The notes under the pieces were generated by a model, which worked only from the letters and a program-made list of their open reading frames with translations, made no database searches and had not been told where the DNA came from. Below, one piece after another: positions 9,781 to 18,714 of a stretch of 64,000 nt of DNA. Location: positions 64,001-128,000 of the IMG/VR virus record IMGVR_UViG_3300020577_009322. One strand, given 5' to 3'. The position numbers and the translations under genes are program-made. Source of the stretch: a virus (Duplodnaviria; Caudoviricetes). How positions within the stretch are numbered: the stretch's first letter is position 1; every line of letters begins with the position of its first letter.

Positions 9781-10263
9781 TCAATTCTTAGCATACCTTG
9801 ACCATCTTGCCTTGTTCTTCTCGTTCCTCATGTTCTGGCCAAACTTACTGAATTTTACATCAGTCAGCCAAACCTCATCATTACCTGATAAATCCAAGAT
9901 TAAATCACCGCTGTAACTACCAGTCTTGGTCAATTCACTGGTTGGATCATTAGGATCAACCAAGTCAAAGACCCATTTGTTGTCTGGCTCATCTTTCTCT
10001 AAGGCTTTCTCGATCAATTCAACCTTTACCTTCACCTCAACCACGTTCTCCTTGTATGGATGAACACGTTGACTGGCATCATCTGGATTGGCAATGAATG
10101 TTGATGATACAACCTTGTCAATTGGCTCAGCGAGAGTGAAGATTAAGAAATCAACCTTGTTTCCATCAGAATCTGCTGAAGATACCTCTCTTCTGAAGTC
10201 AACAAAAGAGAATTTGCTCATCGGCATTTCAGCCAGTTTGGCACGTAATGAGAACTTTTCCAT
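9781..10263 (-). CDS. Hypothetical protein, paralogue of 9185..9652
   Basis: Same shared motifs. Confidence 0.8.
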   Translation of the reverse strand: MEKFSLRAKLAEMPMSKFSFVDFRREVSSADSDGNKVDFLIFTLAEPIDKVVSSTFIANPDDASQRVHPYKENVVEVKVKVELIEKALEKDEPDNKWVFDLVDPNDPTSELTKTGSYSGDLILDLSGNDEVWLTDVKFSKFGQNMRNEKNKARWSRYAKN

Positions 10264-10310
10264 AAATAGACAGATTTACAATTAGCTCTGTTAGGCGTTT
10301 TGATTAATGA

Positions 10311-10352
10311 GAACCAGCCAGGGAATCGAACCCTGGTTGTTCCAAACTGGTT
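10311..10352 (-). ncRNA. Mini tRNA-like element (T-arm stacked on a stem)
   Basis: aaccag...ccagg-GTTCGATTC-cctgg-ctggtt. Confidence 0.4.
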
Positions 10353-10596
10353 ATTCTTTATCAACATCCAGTAAATACATCATCTTATTCAGACATTGCT
10401 GACTGGTATTAGTAGGAAATGATGCATCAAATGTTCTCCTCCCAATTACTGAGCCTATCTTCTGTATTATTTCAAGCTGAGCTTTATTATTCTCAATTTT
10501 ACCAATTACAGATGTCTTTTCTTCAGTATTGATGATGAACAGACTTTCGTTACTAACTGCAGCCAGCAATCCGCTGGGCATTTGATAATATTTCAT
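10351..10596 (-). CDS. Hypothetical protein
   Basis: ORF track. Confidence 0.65.
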   Translation of the reverse strand: MKYYQMPSGLLAAVSNESLFIINTEEKTSVIGKIENNKAQLEIIQKIGSVIGRRTFDASFPTNTSQQCLNKMMYLLDVDKE

Positions 10597-10807
10597 AGCT
10601 ATTGTTTATGGATTAATAATATACTCACAGTTGTGTCCTGCAATTGTGTAGTTTTTCCAGTTGGCTGGAATGATGCATGACCATTCTTAACAGTCATCAC
10701 CATTGGTGTAACAACATATTTAGTTGATACACAGCTTGTTAATAACAAAGCTAATAATAGAATTTTCATGATTAATGATTTAAATGGTTAATGATTTAAA
10801 TGGTTAA

Positions 10808-11164
10808 TTAATCCTCTTCTGTAGAGATATCTTTGAGCAGATCATCCACTTCCCAGCTTCTGAAGACTGTTATTTTGTCATCATTCTTCCTGACAGAAAC
10901 CTTAAAGGTCTGCCTCTCCTCCTTTGATAGTAAGAAGCTGAGCAATCCCCACAATGAAATGCCCTTTGTTATCCCTGCCTGATACATTCTGCAAAGAAGT
11001 GGATTAGTTACCAATTTCATATGCACTTCACATACAATACGTTCTTTTCCCACATCTTCTGCGGGAAATGTAATTTCTACGTATGATCCGTTCTCACATC
11101 CTTCCATTGCGGATTTGATAACACCGATCACATGTTCTGTTGTTTCTAAGAATCTTTGTTCCAT
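10808..11164 (-). CDS. Hypothetical protein
   Basis: ORF track. Confidence 0.7.
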   Translation of the reverse strand: MEQRFLETTEHVIGVIKSAMEGCENGSYVEITFPAEDVGKERIVCEVHMKLVTNPLLCRMYQAGITKGISLWGLLSFLLSKEERQTFKVSVRKNDDKITVFRSWEVDDLLKDISTEED

Positions 11165-11225
11165 AAATATGAGTTGGTTGACCTATACACCATAAGGTTT
11201 TAGTAAGTAATTGGTTTTAAATGAG

Positions 11226-11429
11226 TTAGTCATTTCCTGACCCTTCCCATTGTTGATTAAGTAATATTATGTCTCTCCTTTCTTCCTCTGCCAGATTATT
11301 ATATCCAACAGCTACAGTGAAGCAGGCAATTGATACAATGACAAGGAAAATGTTGTCTGCAAATAAAAGCAGCAAGATACCTGCCACAAGAAAGGCAGTT
11401 GCAATTGAATTGAAGGTGTTTGTTTTCAT
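11226..11429 (-). CDS. Small membrane protein
   Basis: Two TM-like segments; first gene of the minus-strand arm. Confidence 0.6.
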   Translation of the reverse strand: MKTNTFNSIATAFLVAGILLLLFADNIFLVIVSIACFTVAVGYNNLAEEERRDIILLNQQWEGSGND

Positions 11430-11657
11430 TTTGTTTTGTTTTAATGATTAATGATTATTGTTTATTTTACTTTTTGACTAACTTTTTTCATTTCTAACCA
11501 GACTATACTAAAATTCTCTATATAGAAAGGTGGGGGATACCGGCAGATGACTTCCAATGACCGGGGCCAAATCCTTATATCCTCTCTAAATTAACAGATA
11601 AATAAAAAATAATTTGGAGAATTAATTACTACTAACTATCTTTACCAAAAGAAATAT

Positions 11658-12854
11658 ATGACAACAATATGGACTGGGATACTCCTGGCAACTATAGGGG
11701 GGATAGTCTTATCACTTAAGAATATACCTCATCTTATATATAATAAGATAAAACAGCAAATAGTATATACTGTTAAAGTTTATCAGTATGATGATTTGTT
11801 TGATATGTTAGAGAAATGGTTATCTATTAACCACACCAAACAATATAAGGATGTGGAGGCTTCTCTGCATATTCAGCAAGATTCTCTTCCCCAAGTAGAT
11901 TCTCCCACCAAACATACTCTATCTTATAAGCAGGAGGATACTACCTTTGTTATTAAGTGGGAAGGAAAACGTATTCTAATAACAAAGGAGAAAGAGAAGA
12001 TGGAGAAGATCCAATTAATAAAAGATATATGGTTCCGTAAATATTCCTTAACTTCTATAAAGGGAAAAAGTGAAACTGACTCTCTATTAAAAGAGATAAT
12101 AAGATCCTGCAGAGAGGATGAGAGTAAGAATACTATTAAGGTATACTAAAATAGTTGTTATGGGGATTGGTTTAATGGATCTTTAGTAACCGTTAAACCT
12201 TTGGAGAAAACAATTCTAAATCCTGATAAGAAGAAATATATTATTACCGATATTACCAATTTTACTAACTCAGAAGAATGGTATATAAATGTCTCAATAC
12301 CATATAAGAGGGGATATTGTTTTTATGGACCCCCTGGTACAGGTAAAACTACTCTTGCTCTTGGTATAGCCAATCATCTAAAAAGAAATATTTACTGTCT
12401 TAACTTAAATTGTTTAGAGGATGATAGTAGATTACCTGTTCTTTTTTCTAGTTTACCAGCTAACTCTGTATTATTAATAGAGGATATAGATAAGGTATTC
12501 TCAGGAAGAGAAAATGTAAAGGAAGGAAGTAAAATAACCTTCTCTGGTCTTCTAAATTGTATGGATGGAGCTTTTTATAAACACGGGTTGATTATGATTA
12601 TTACCACCAATCATATAGATAAGTTAGATGAAGCCCTATTACGTACTGGACGTATAGATATAAAAATGGAGATACCTCGTCCCTCAGATAAGGAAATCTC
12701 TGCATATTTGTCATTGTTTTATAATAGTAACATATGTATTACTGGAAATTTTTCACTAACAATGTCTGATATACAGGAGATATGCTTACATAATAGAGAT
12801 TCATCCTCTTCAGCTTATACTGAAATTCTCTCTAAAAATAATTTGCCATGTTAA
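11658..12854 (+). pseudogene. BCS1-like AAA+ ATPase interrupted by an in-frame TAA (12147-12149)
   Basis: N-terminal TM and BCS1_N-like region in frame with the AAA domain (PYKRGYCFYGPPGTGKT, LLIEDID, TFSGLLN, TTNH, ALLRTGRID). Confidence 0.8.
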
Positions 12855-12872
12855 TTATTCTCCATATCTTTG
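12842..12872 (+). promoter_or_regulatory. Bacteroidota housekeeping-sigma promoter
   Basis: TTTG-N19-TATCTTTG. Confidence 0.65.
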
Positions 12873-12965
12873 TGTTATGGAAAAATATTCTAAAGAAGGT
12901 GGTATATGTATTACTACTCACTATTCTAGAATTACTTATTCTCAAATATTAATAAAAGAATTATA

Positions 12966-13205
12966 ATGGAAGTATATACAGATTACGAAAAAGCAATAGA
13001 TATGGATAAGTTATATGGATGGTGGTTTACTTACTCACCATTTATCCAGCAATGGATGGCCTGCAAGACAGAGGATAGAGAAGCCGTATATAATGATTAC
13101 TCCTCACCTAAAGTTATTAAGAGTAAGAAAATAGAAACTCTACAGGAACTGATCATTAGAAGTAATGGAAATATTGAAGAAATGAATAAGATATGTATAG
13201 AATAG
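12966..13205 (+). CDS. Hypothetical protein
   Basis: ORF track. Confidence 0.7.
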   Translation: MEVYTDYEKAIDMDKLYGWWFTYSPFIQQWMACKTEDREAVYNDYSSPKVIKSKKIETLQELIIRSNGNIEEMNKICIE

Positions 13206-13621
13206 ATACACAGACTGGTAAGATATTTACTAAAGAAGAGTTTGAGGAATATTGGAAATCTTGTTGCATATGTGAATATAAGGACCTAGAAAAGGTATGG
13301 GATTCACTGGAGATACTCCCTCCTACGAATAATATTGAGGAGGTAAGAAGAAAGATGTCATATATATATGGATTACCTATTCCTGTAAAGGGAGATCTTA
13401 TAAAACATTCTATTAGTGATCCTAACTCATATTTTGTTGAGAATGTAATTGATGAAGATATATATGTAAGTAATATAGTTACTTATGAGAATAGTAAATG
13501 GATAGGTCCTTATATTAAAATAGAATCTACTACAATTTCCCTCATGAGACAACAACAGATACTGTATAATATATGTATGAATAAATTAAAAAATTTGGTA
13601 GAAGAATGTGTAAAGAAATAA
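13193..13621 (+). CDS. Hypothetical protein
   Basis: Overlapping operon arrangement. Confidence 0.65.
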   Translation: MYRIDTQTGKIFTKEEFEEYWKSCCICEYKDLEKVWDSLEILPPTNNIEEVRRKMSYIYGLPIPVKGDLIKHSISDPNSYFVENVIDEDIYVSNIVTYENSKWIGPYIKIESTTISLMRQQQILYNICMNKLKNLVEECVKK

Positions 13622-13845
13622 CAGTACAGATAAAAACAACAGATGAATTAGGTTTTTCTAATTATTCCTGTTTACATATTTCAACTTTAGAAGAAAAATT
13701 AGGAGATAAATTACCAAAGAGTCTCTCTAAAGAGGCTAGAAAAAAACTAGAATACATTTACTTAAATGATCCTGTTGAGGATCTAATCAAATCAATAAAC
13801 AATAATCCACATTTACATGGATTAATCAAAGCAACAAGAATATGA
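13606..13845 (+). CDS. Hypothetical protein
   Basis: ATGA overlap with the next gene. Confidence 0.65.
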   Translation: MCKEITVQIKTTDELGFSNYSCLHISTLEEKLGDKLPKSLSKEARKKLEYIYLNDPVEDLIKSINNNPHLHGLIKATRI

Positions 13846-14120
13846 TACAACAAGCATTAATAATAACAATGATAGTGATGTTCCTTCATGCAACAACATG
13901 GGAAGGAATGATTTTTGGAAAAATAAATAATATAATTAAACCAGAATCAATACTTTATAAGCCTGTATATGCATGTCCAATATGTATGACACCTTGGTGG
14001 GGAACAATTATATATCTACTATTTTTTCATATATCATTTATTGACTGGGTATTAACTATTGGTTGTGCTGGTGGATTCTCCACATTATCTCTTGCTATTC
14101 TTTCACTTATGAATAAATAA
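13842..14120 (+). CDS. Membrane protein with CxxC (DUF1360-like)
   Basis: KPVYACPICMTPWW plus TM segments. Confidence 0.55.
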   Translation: MIQQALIITMIVMFLHATTWEGMIFGKINNIIKPESILYKPVYACPICMTPWWGTIIYLLFFHISFIDWVLTIGCAGGFSTLSLAILSLMNK

Positions 14121-14163
14121 ATTTGGTAATAATAATTTTATTTGTTATTTTTACAAAAACAAT

Positions 14164-14517
14164 ATGAGAAACTTAGATCATTTATTTACATTTCCAATCA
14201 TAATGGTTGATGGAGATAACGAGGAAAGAAAGGAAGAGAGAAATAGTTTATTGGCTATTGATAATAGTGGAGATGTAGATATAATTGAAGGACAGGCAGA
14301 TGTACCATACTATGATTTTATATCAGTTAGTGATCGTTGGAAACCAACTGAAGAATCTTTAAATAAAGCCATTAATGGAAAATTTGACGCATGTGCTGTA
14401 TTATTTGCTCATTCTGGAACATTTATTGTTCCTTGGACAAAAAAGAAATTTCTCTCTGAATTAAGGGAATTCATTGAAAAACAACCTGAGAGGGGAGATA
14501 TTATTATAGGATTATAA
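14164..14517 (+). CDS. Hypothetical protein
   Basis: ORF track. Confidence 0.7.
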   Translation: MRNLDHLFTFPIIMVDGDNEERKEERNSLLAIDNSGDVDIIEGQADVPYYDFISVSDRWKPTEESLNKAINGKFDACAVLFAHSGTFIVPWTKKKFLSELREFIEKQPERGDIIIGL

Positions 14518-15047
14518 TGGAGAAGTATTATACTATATCTACAGAGAAGGAAATTTTGGACAGCTATAAATTAGCTGAAATGATTAAAAAGGATAATTGG
14601 ATTGATGAGACTACTATTATAGTAACATGTTCTCCGGATTATTCTTCCATAGTTAGTCAGATAGTTAATCATCAATTATCTCCCGCTAATAATAATGAGT
14701 TACACGGGCAAATGTTTTTAGAGATGCCATATCCAACAATGTCTCAGGTATGGAATAGTGAGAGTGGAGAGTGGGAAATGTTTGATAAATATCTTTCTTC
14801 CTGGTTCTTAAAATTAGATAAAAATAATAAATATCTATTCTTAGATAGTGGTACTTTAAGAGGAAAGAATTTTTCCAAAATAAAGACGTTAGCAAGAGGA
14901 AGAATTGACTTTAAGTTAGGAACGCTCTATTTAGAGGAGCAATCAATAGTTACTCCTGATTATTTTGTCGAGAAGTTTTCTTCTGAAGAAAAAGGTGGAC
15001 TATTATTTCAGTGGGAAAACCCACTTAATCCAAATTGGAATTACTAA
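14517..15047 (+). CDS. Type I phosphoribosyltransferase-like protein
   Basis: PRPP-loop-like YLFLDSGTLRGKNF; C-terminal LFQWE. Confidence 0.55.
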   Translation: MEKYYTISTEKEILDSYKLAEMIKKDNWIDETTIIVTCSPDYSSIVSQIVNHQLSPANNNELHGQMFLEMPYPTMSQVWNSESGEWEMFDKYLSSWFLKLDKNNKYLFLDSGTLRGKNFSKIKTLARGRIDFKLGTLYLEEQSIVTPDYFVEKFSSEEKGGLLFQWENPLNPNWNY

Positions 15048-15349
15048 TGGAGAAAATAATAGGAATGCTGAAATTAGCAGATATAGAGATGGTTCGTTTA
15101 GCTATAAACATATTAATACAGAATGGGATTGTAGAAGCTGAGTTATTAATGTTACTCTCTAATATTAATCCTAAATTTATATATGAATGGAATTCAGATG
15201 ATTCTATAGAAATTGTGGAAAGAGATATAATATGGAAAATGAAAAAGAAGGTAGGAATACCTCTACTTGATATGATGACGATGACTGAAATAAATAGAAT
15301 AGAGTATAATGAAGACAAATGGAAATTCACCCTTCCCACAGGAAATTAA
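15047..15349 (+). CDS. Hypothetical protein
   Basis: ATG overlaps previous stop; DxEMxxL motif. Confidence 0.65.
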   Translation: MEKIIGMLKLADIEMVRLAINILIQNGIVEAELLMLLSNINPKFIYEWNSDDSIEIVERDIIWKMKKKVGIPLLDMMTMTEINRIEYNEDKWKFTLPTGN

Positions 15350-15605
15350 GAAATTACTTATTAGTGGTGATAAGGAGATGAGAAATTTAGGGAATGCACT
15401 TTTACCAAATTATATAGATAGTAAGACGCTAAAAATGCTAAGTAGTCCTGATAAAGAAATGGTTAATTTGGGAATTACTATATTAGCAAAGGATTATTCA
15501 TATGATGATATGATTATATTAACAAATAATTTACCACATGTAACAGTATTCTTAATGTGGAATATCTTTGATGGGAAAATGGAGTGGAAAATAAAAGACA
15601 AATAA
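15309..15605 (+). CDS. Hypothetical protein with duplicated SxDKEMxNLG motif
   Basis: Internal repeat. Confidence 0.65.
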   Translation: MKTNGNSPFPQEIKKLLISGDKEMRNLGNALLPNYIDSKTLKMLSSPDKEMVNLGITILAKDYSYDDMIILTNNLPHVTVFLMWNIFDGKMEWKIKDK

Positions 15606-15626
15606 CAATAAAAAAACAAAATAGAT

Positions 15627-15929
15627 ATGGGAAAGAAAAATTCTACAGAAAACAAAACAGGTATTAATCAATTAACTCCTGAACAAGAACAAATGCGTAT
15701 GCAGGTTGTAGATCTGGAAATGAAGGCTCGTTATTGGAAGGCTCAATTTGAGATCCGTAATTACACCCTGGAGAGTGAGAAGTTACAGAAACCTTATGAT
15801 GAATTCCTTCTTAAAACTAAGGAAGCGCAAGATAAGGCATACGCAGAATTTATGGCAGCAATGGAAAAAGAGAAAGCTAATACAGTACAAGAACCAGAAC
15901 AAAGGGAGGTATCAGATGTCAGTAAGTAA
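15627..15929 (+). CDS. Coiled-coil hypothetical protein
   Basis: ORF track. Confidence 0.7.
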   Translation: MGKKNSTENKTGINQLTPEQEQMRMQVVDLEMKARYWKAQFEIRNYTLESEKLQKPYDEFLLKTKEAQDKAYAEFMAAMEKEKANTVQEPEQREVSDVSK

Positions 15930-16263
15930 AAAGAGTGATTTTCATACTGCTCCACAAAATTATCAGGATGTAGATGGAATGAAAACTTTTACTGTTATTG
16001 ATCATGATGTGAAGAGTAAAATGTATGGAAAGGTATCTATGAAGATAGATGAATATAATGAGTTTCTAAAACAATACAGAAAAGAATTAATAGAGAGAAT
16101 ATTAGCTATTCCTGCAGTATTTTGTCCAGAACCTTTTCAATCATTTGTAATCAGAAATGCAGATTCTCCTACCATACAATGGAATGAAGTAATGTTAAGA
16201 GATGAAGGAGTTACTCAAGACAATTTGCGTAATCTCTGTATAATGCTAGAAAATAGTATTTAA
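15916..16263 (+). CDS. Hypothetical protein (start MSVSKK)
   Basis: In-frame ATG overlapping the previous gene end. Confidence 0.7.
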   Translation: MSVSKKSDFHTAPQNYQDVDGMKTFTVIDHDVKSKMYGKVSMKIDEYNEFLKQYRKELIERILAIPAVFCPEPFQSFVIRNADSPTIQWNEVMLRDEGVTQDNLRNLCIMLENSI

Positions 16264-16352
16264 TTTAATAAATTATTTTAACCTACCAAATTATTATCTA
16301 AAATAAATTTGGTAGGTTAATTTATTTTTCGTATATTTTAGAAAACCAACTA

Positions 16353-16721
16353 ATGGAAATCAAGGCTTTCAAAGAAACAGTTTTATTATCAGAGAAGAGA
16401 GATGTTTTACGTTTACACTTATATTTTAAGTTGATCGAGAAACATATAAAGCCTTTTGAGAATGATATAAATATCATGTTAGAGTTATATGAGTTTGGTG
16501 GTTACTCTAATAGTGAAGAACAAAATAACTTTATCAAGAACTGTATAGATAAGAAATTAAAGAAATCACCACAATCTTTACGTAATACCTTATCTAAATA
16601 TGTTAGTATGGGAGTTTTTAAGAAGCCTAAGAACACTATTTTATATATTAATGAAGAGTTCTTACCTAAAGTACAGTGTGATAAGTTGATTCTTCAACAC
16701 ACAATTAGTCATGCAAAGTAA
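16353..16721 (+). CDS. Putative winged-HTH DNA-binding protein
   Basis: KSPQSLRNTLSKYVSMG pattern. Confidence 0.5.
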   Translation: MEIKAFKETVLLSEKRDVLRLHLYFKLIEKHIKPFENDINIMLELYEFGGYSNSEEQNNFIKNCIDKKLKKSPQSLRNTLSKYVSMGVFKKPKNTILYINEEFLPKVQCDKLILQHTISHAK

Positions 16722-17112
16722 CACAAAAGAAATATATAAATTAACTGCAGAGAGAACGGGTGGTGAGGAACAGACATATAAGGATATAGGTAATTTTGTT
16801 TTTACTGCTCTTTATAGACAATTAAGACGACCTAACTCATTAATAATCAGATTAAGAGGAATAGGTTATTGGTATCTACGTCGTCTAAGGATGCAAGCAA
16901 TGGTTGATTTATTTCCTCCTAATTATGAGTTAACAAGAGAAGATTTTAAGGAAGATTACGAATACTTAAAGATAGAAAATAAAAGAGAAGTATATGAGAT
17001 CTTTCAGAAAAGATTAGTTGACTATGCTGAGTATATTAAAGAAAAGAAGGAGATTAGAGATATACGTAATAAAACACAATTCCTCTTAACAGAAGTAGAT
17101 GATGAAAGTTAA
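16711..17112 (+). CDS. HU/IHF-like DNA-binding protein
   Basis: KEIYKLTAERTG...IIRLRGIGYW HU-fold pattern. Confidence 0.6.
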   Translation: MQSNTKEIYKLTAERTGGEEQTYKDIGNFVFTALYRQLRRPNSLIIRLRGIGYWYLRRLRMQAMVDLFPPNYELTREDFKEDYEYLKIENKREVYEIFQKRLVDYAEYIKEKKEIRDIRNKTQFLLTEVDDES

Positions 17113-17410
17113 TAACAGTGAGATACGCTTGGGACCATTAAAATATGGTAATACTTATAAGTTTTCCTATGTCATAACAAATACATATAATTCAGAAGTT
17201 GAATTAAAGTTAATTATGGGATGTAAAAGTTGTACATCGGCTACAATTAAAAAGAATCCACTCCCTAAGGGAGAGGAAACACAAATAGAAGTTCAGTTTA
17301 CCCCAGGCAGTACTGGAGAGCAATTAAAGACTATTACAGTAGTAATAATGACAGGAACAGTAAGAAGACCAGATTTGGTCTTGAAATTTAAAGGAATGGT
17401 TAATGAGTAG
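17099..17410 (+). CDS. DUF1573-like Ig-fold protein
   Basis: GCKSCT motif and Ig-like beta pattern. Confidence 0.6.
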   Translation: MMKVNNSEIRLGPLKYGNTYKFSYVITNTYNSEVELKLIMGCKSCTSATIKKNPLPKGEETQIEVQFTPGSTGEQLKTITVVIMTGTVRRPDLVLKFKGMVNE

Positions 17411-18203
17411 GATAAAATTTATTGAGAAGTCACATAGATATCTAACAGAAGATGGTGAAGATTTAATTAGTGTTAGTAAGTTTACTGAAAGATTTAAGGA
17501 GAAATTAGATTGGGATGCCATAGCTAAGAAATCAGCAGCTAAAGCAACTAAAGCAGGTACACCAACCACTAAACAAGATATCTTAGATAAATGGGCAAAT
17601 AAAAGAGATCGTTCATCAGAAGTTGGTACTCTTTTTCACAGTATCAGGGAAACTGAATTAATTAATGAACATCAACCTATCTTTTATGATGTGATTTGTA
17701 GTAAAAAATTCTCCACTTATGGAGATAATGATAAGTTATCTATTCCCATAAATGAGTTGGAAAATAATACTGTCTATCCAGAATTGATGATATATGATAT
17801 AGAACATATGATTTGTGGTCAATCAGATAAAGTTATTGTTGTAGATAACAAAATACATATTTGGGATTATAAAACTGATGCTGAGATATCCTTTAAAGGT
17901 TATTCTAGTGAATGGGTAAAACCTAGAAAATTACTTGGTCCATTATCACACTTAGATGATGTTAATGGTAATATATATTCTGTAAAGATGTCTCTTTATA
18001 TGTATATGTTATGGAAAGCTAATAAAGGACGCTTTAAACCAGGTGATATTATTATAGAACATGTTGAGTTAGAGAGAGATCCAGAGAATGACAATATACC
18101 AGTACTGAGAGATGGAAAACCAGTAGTATTATCTGTCAAGAAAATACCTCTTCCATATAGAAAGAAAGAGGTAATGAACATGTTAAAAACAATAAAATTA
18201 TAA
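17403..18203 (+). CDS. PD-(D/E)xK nuclease
   Basis: GTLFH, CGQSD, IWDYKT, YxxxxSLY motifs. Confidence 0.8.
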   Translation: MSRIKFIEKSHRYLTEDGEDLISVSKFTERFKEKLDWDAIAKKSAAKATKAGTPTTKQDILDKWANKRDRSSEVGTLFHSIRETELINEHQPIFYDVICSKKFSTYGDNDKLSIPINELENNTVYPELMIYDIEHMICGQSDKVIVVDNKIHIWDYKTDAEISFKGYSSEWVKPRKLLGPLSHLDDVNGNIYSVKMSLYMYMLWKANKGRFKPGDIIIEHVELERDPENDNIPVLRDGKPVVLSVKKIPLPYRKKEVMNMLKTIKL

Positions 18204-18712
18204 TGGTACCTAAAATATTAGATTATGAGGATGGGAGAATAGTAGTAACAGCTAATGCTGCACTTATTCCTGAGATAAAGAATATTATAGACAAATATCC
18301 TAATCCTGAACCATATCTGGCTTATGTGCATTTAATGACTGCTCCTGATTCTCCTTATATTAATTTAGAAGATGATGAGAAAGGTGATACAGTAATATAT
18401 GATATCATACAAACATTAGGTGATTTTGATTCAGATGATGAATTATTAGAGTTAGCTTTAGATAGATTTAAACAATTCTATTCATCTACAGCAAAGAATT
18501 ACTACGATTCTTTGAAGATATCTATAGATAAAATGGCTAAATATTTAAGAGATGAGCCTATTGTTTCTGGTAGAGATGGTAATTTATCTGAAATTATTCG
18601 TATTCATAAAGAAGGGGCAACCAATATCCGTAATTTTAAGGATATTGAGAAACAAGTAGATGAGGAGTTAAAGACTAAAATGAGGGGAAAAAGTAATTTA
18701 GGAGAATATTAA
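18203..18712 (+). CDS. Hypothetical protein, possible terminase small subunit
   Basis: Directly upstream of TerL; helical; C-terminal MRG. Confidence 0.45.
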   Translation: MVPKILDYEDGRIVVTANAALIPEIKNIIDKYPNPEPYLAYVHLMTAPDSPYINLEDDEKGDTVIYDIIQTLGDFDSDDELLELALDRFKQFYSSTAKNYYDSLKISIDKMAKYLRDEPIVSGRDGNLSEIIRIHKEGATNIRNFKDIEKQVDEELKTKMRGKSNLGEY

Positions 18713-18714
18713 TT

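Noticed and set aside
9653-9784. N-terminal extension of ORF 9185..9784
   Set aside because: It spans a terminator; paralogue alignment places the start at 9652.
10772-10808. 16-nt tandem repeat as a CRISPR array or iteron
   Set aside because: About two copies with no spacers; looks like a duplicated A-rich translation initiation region.
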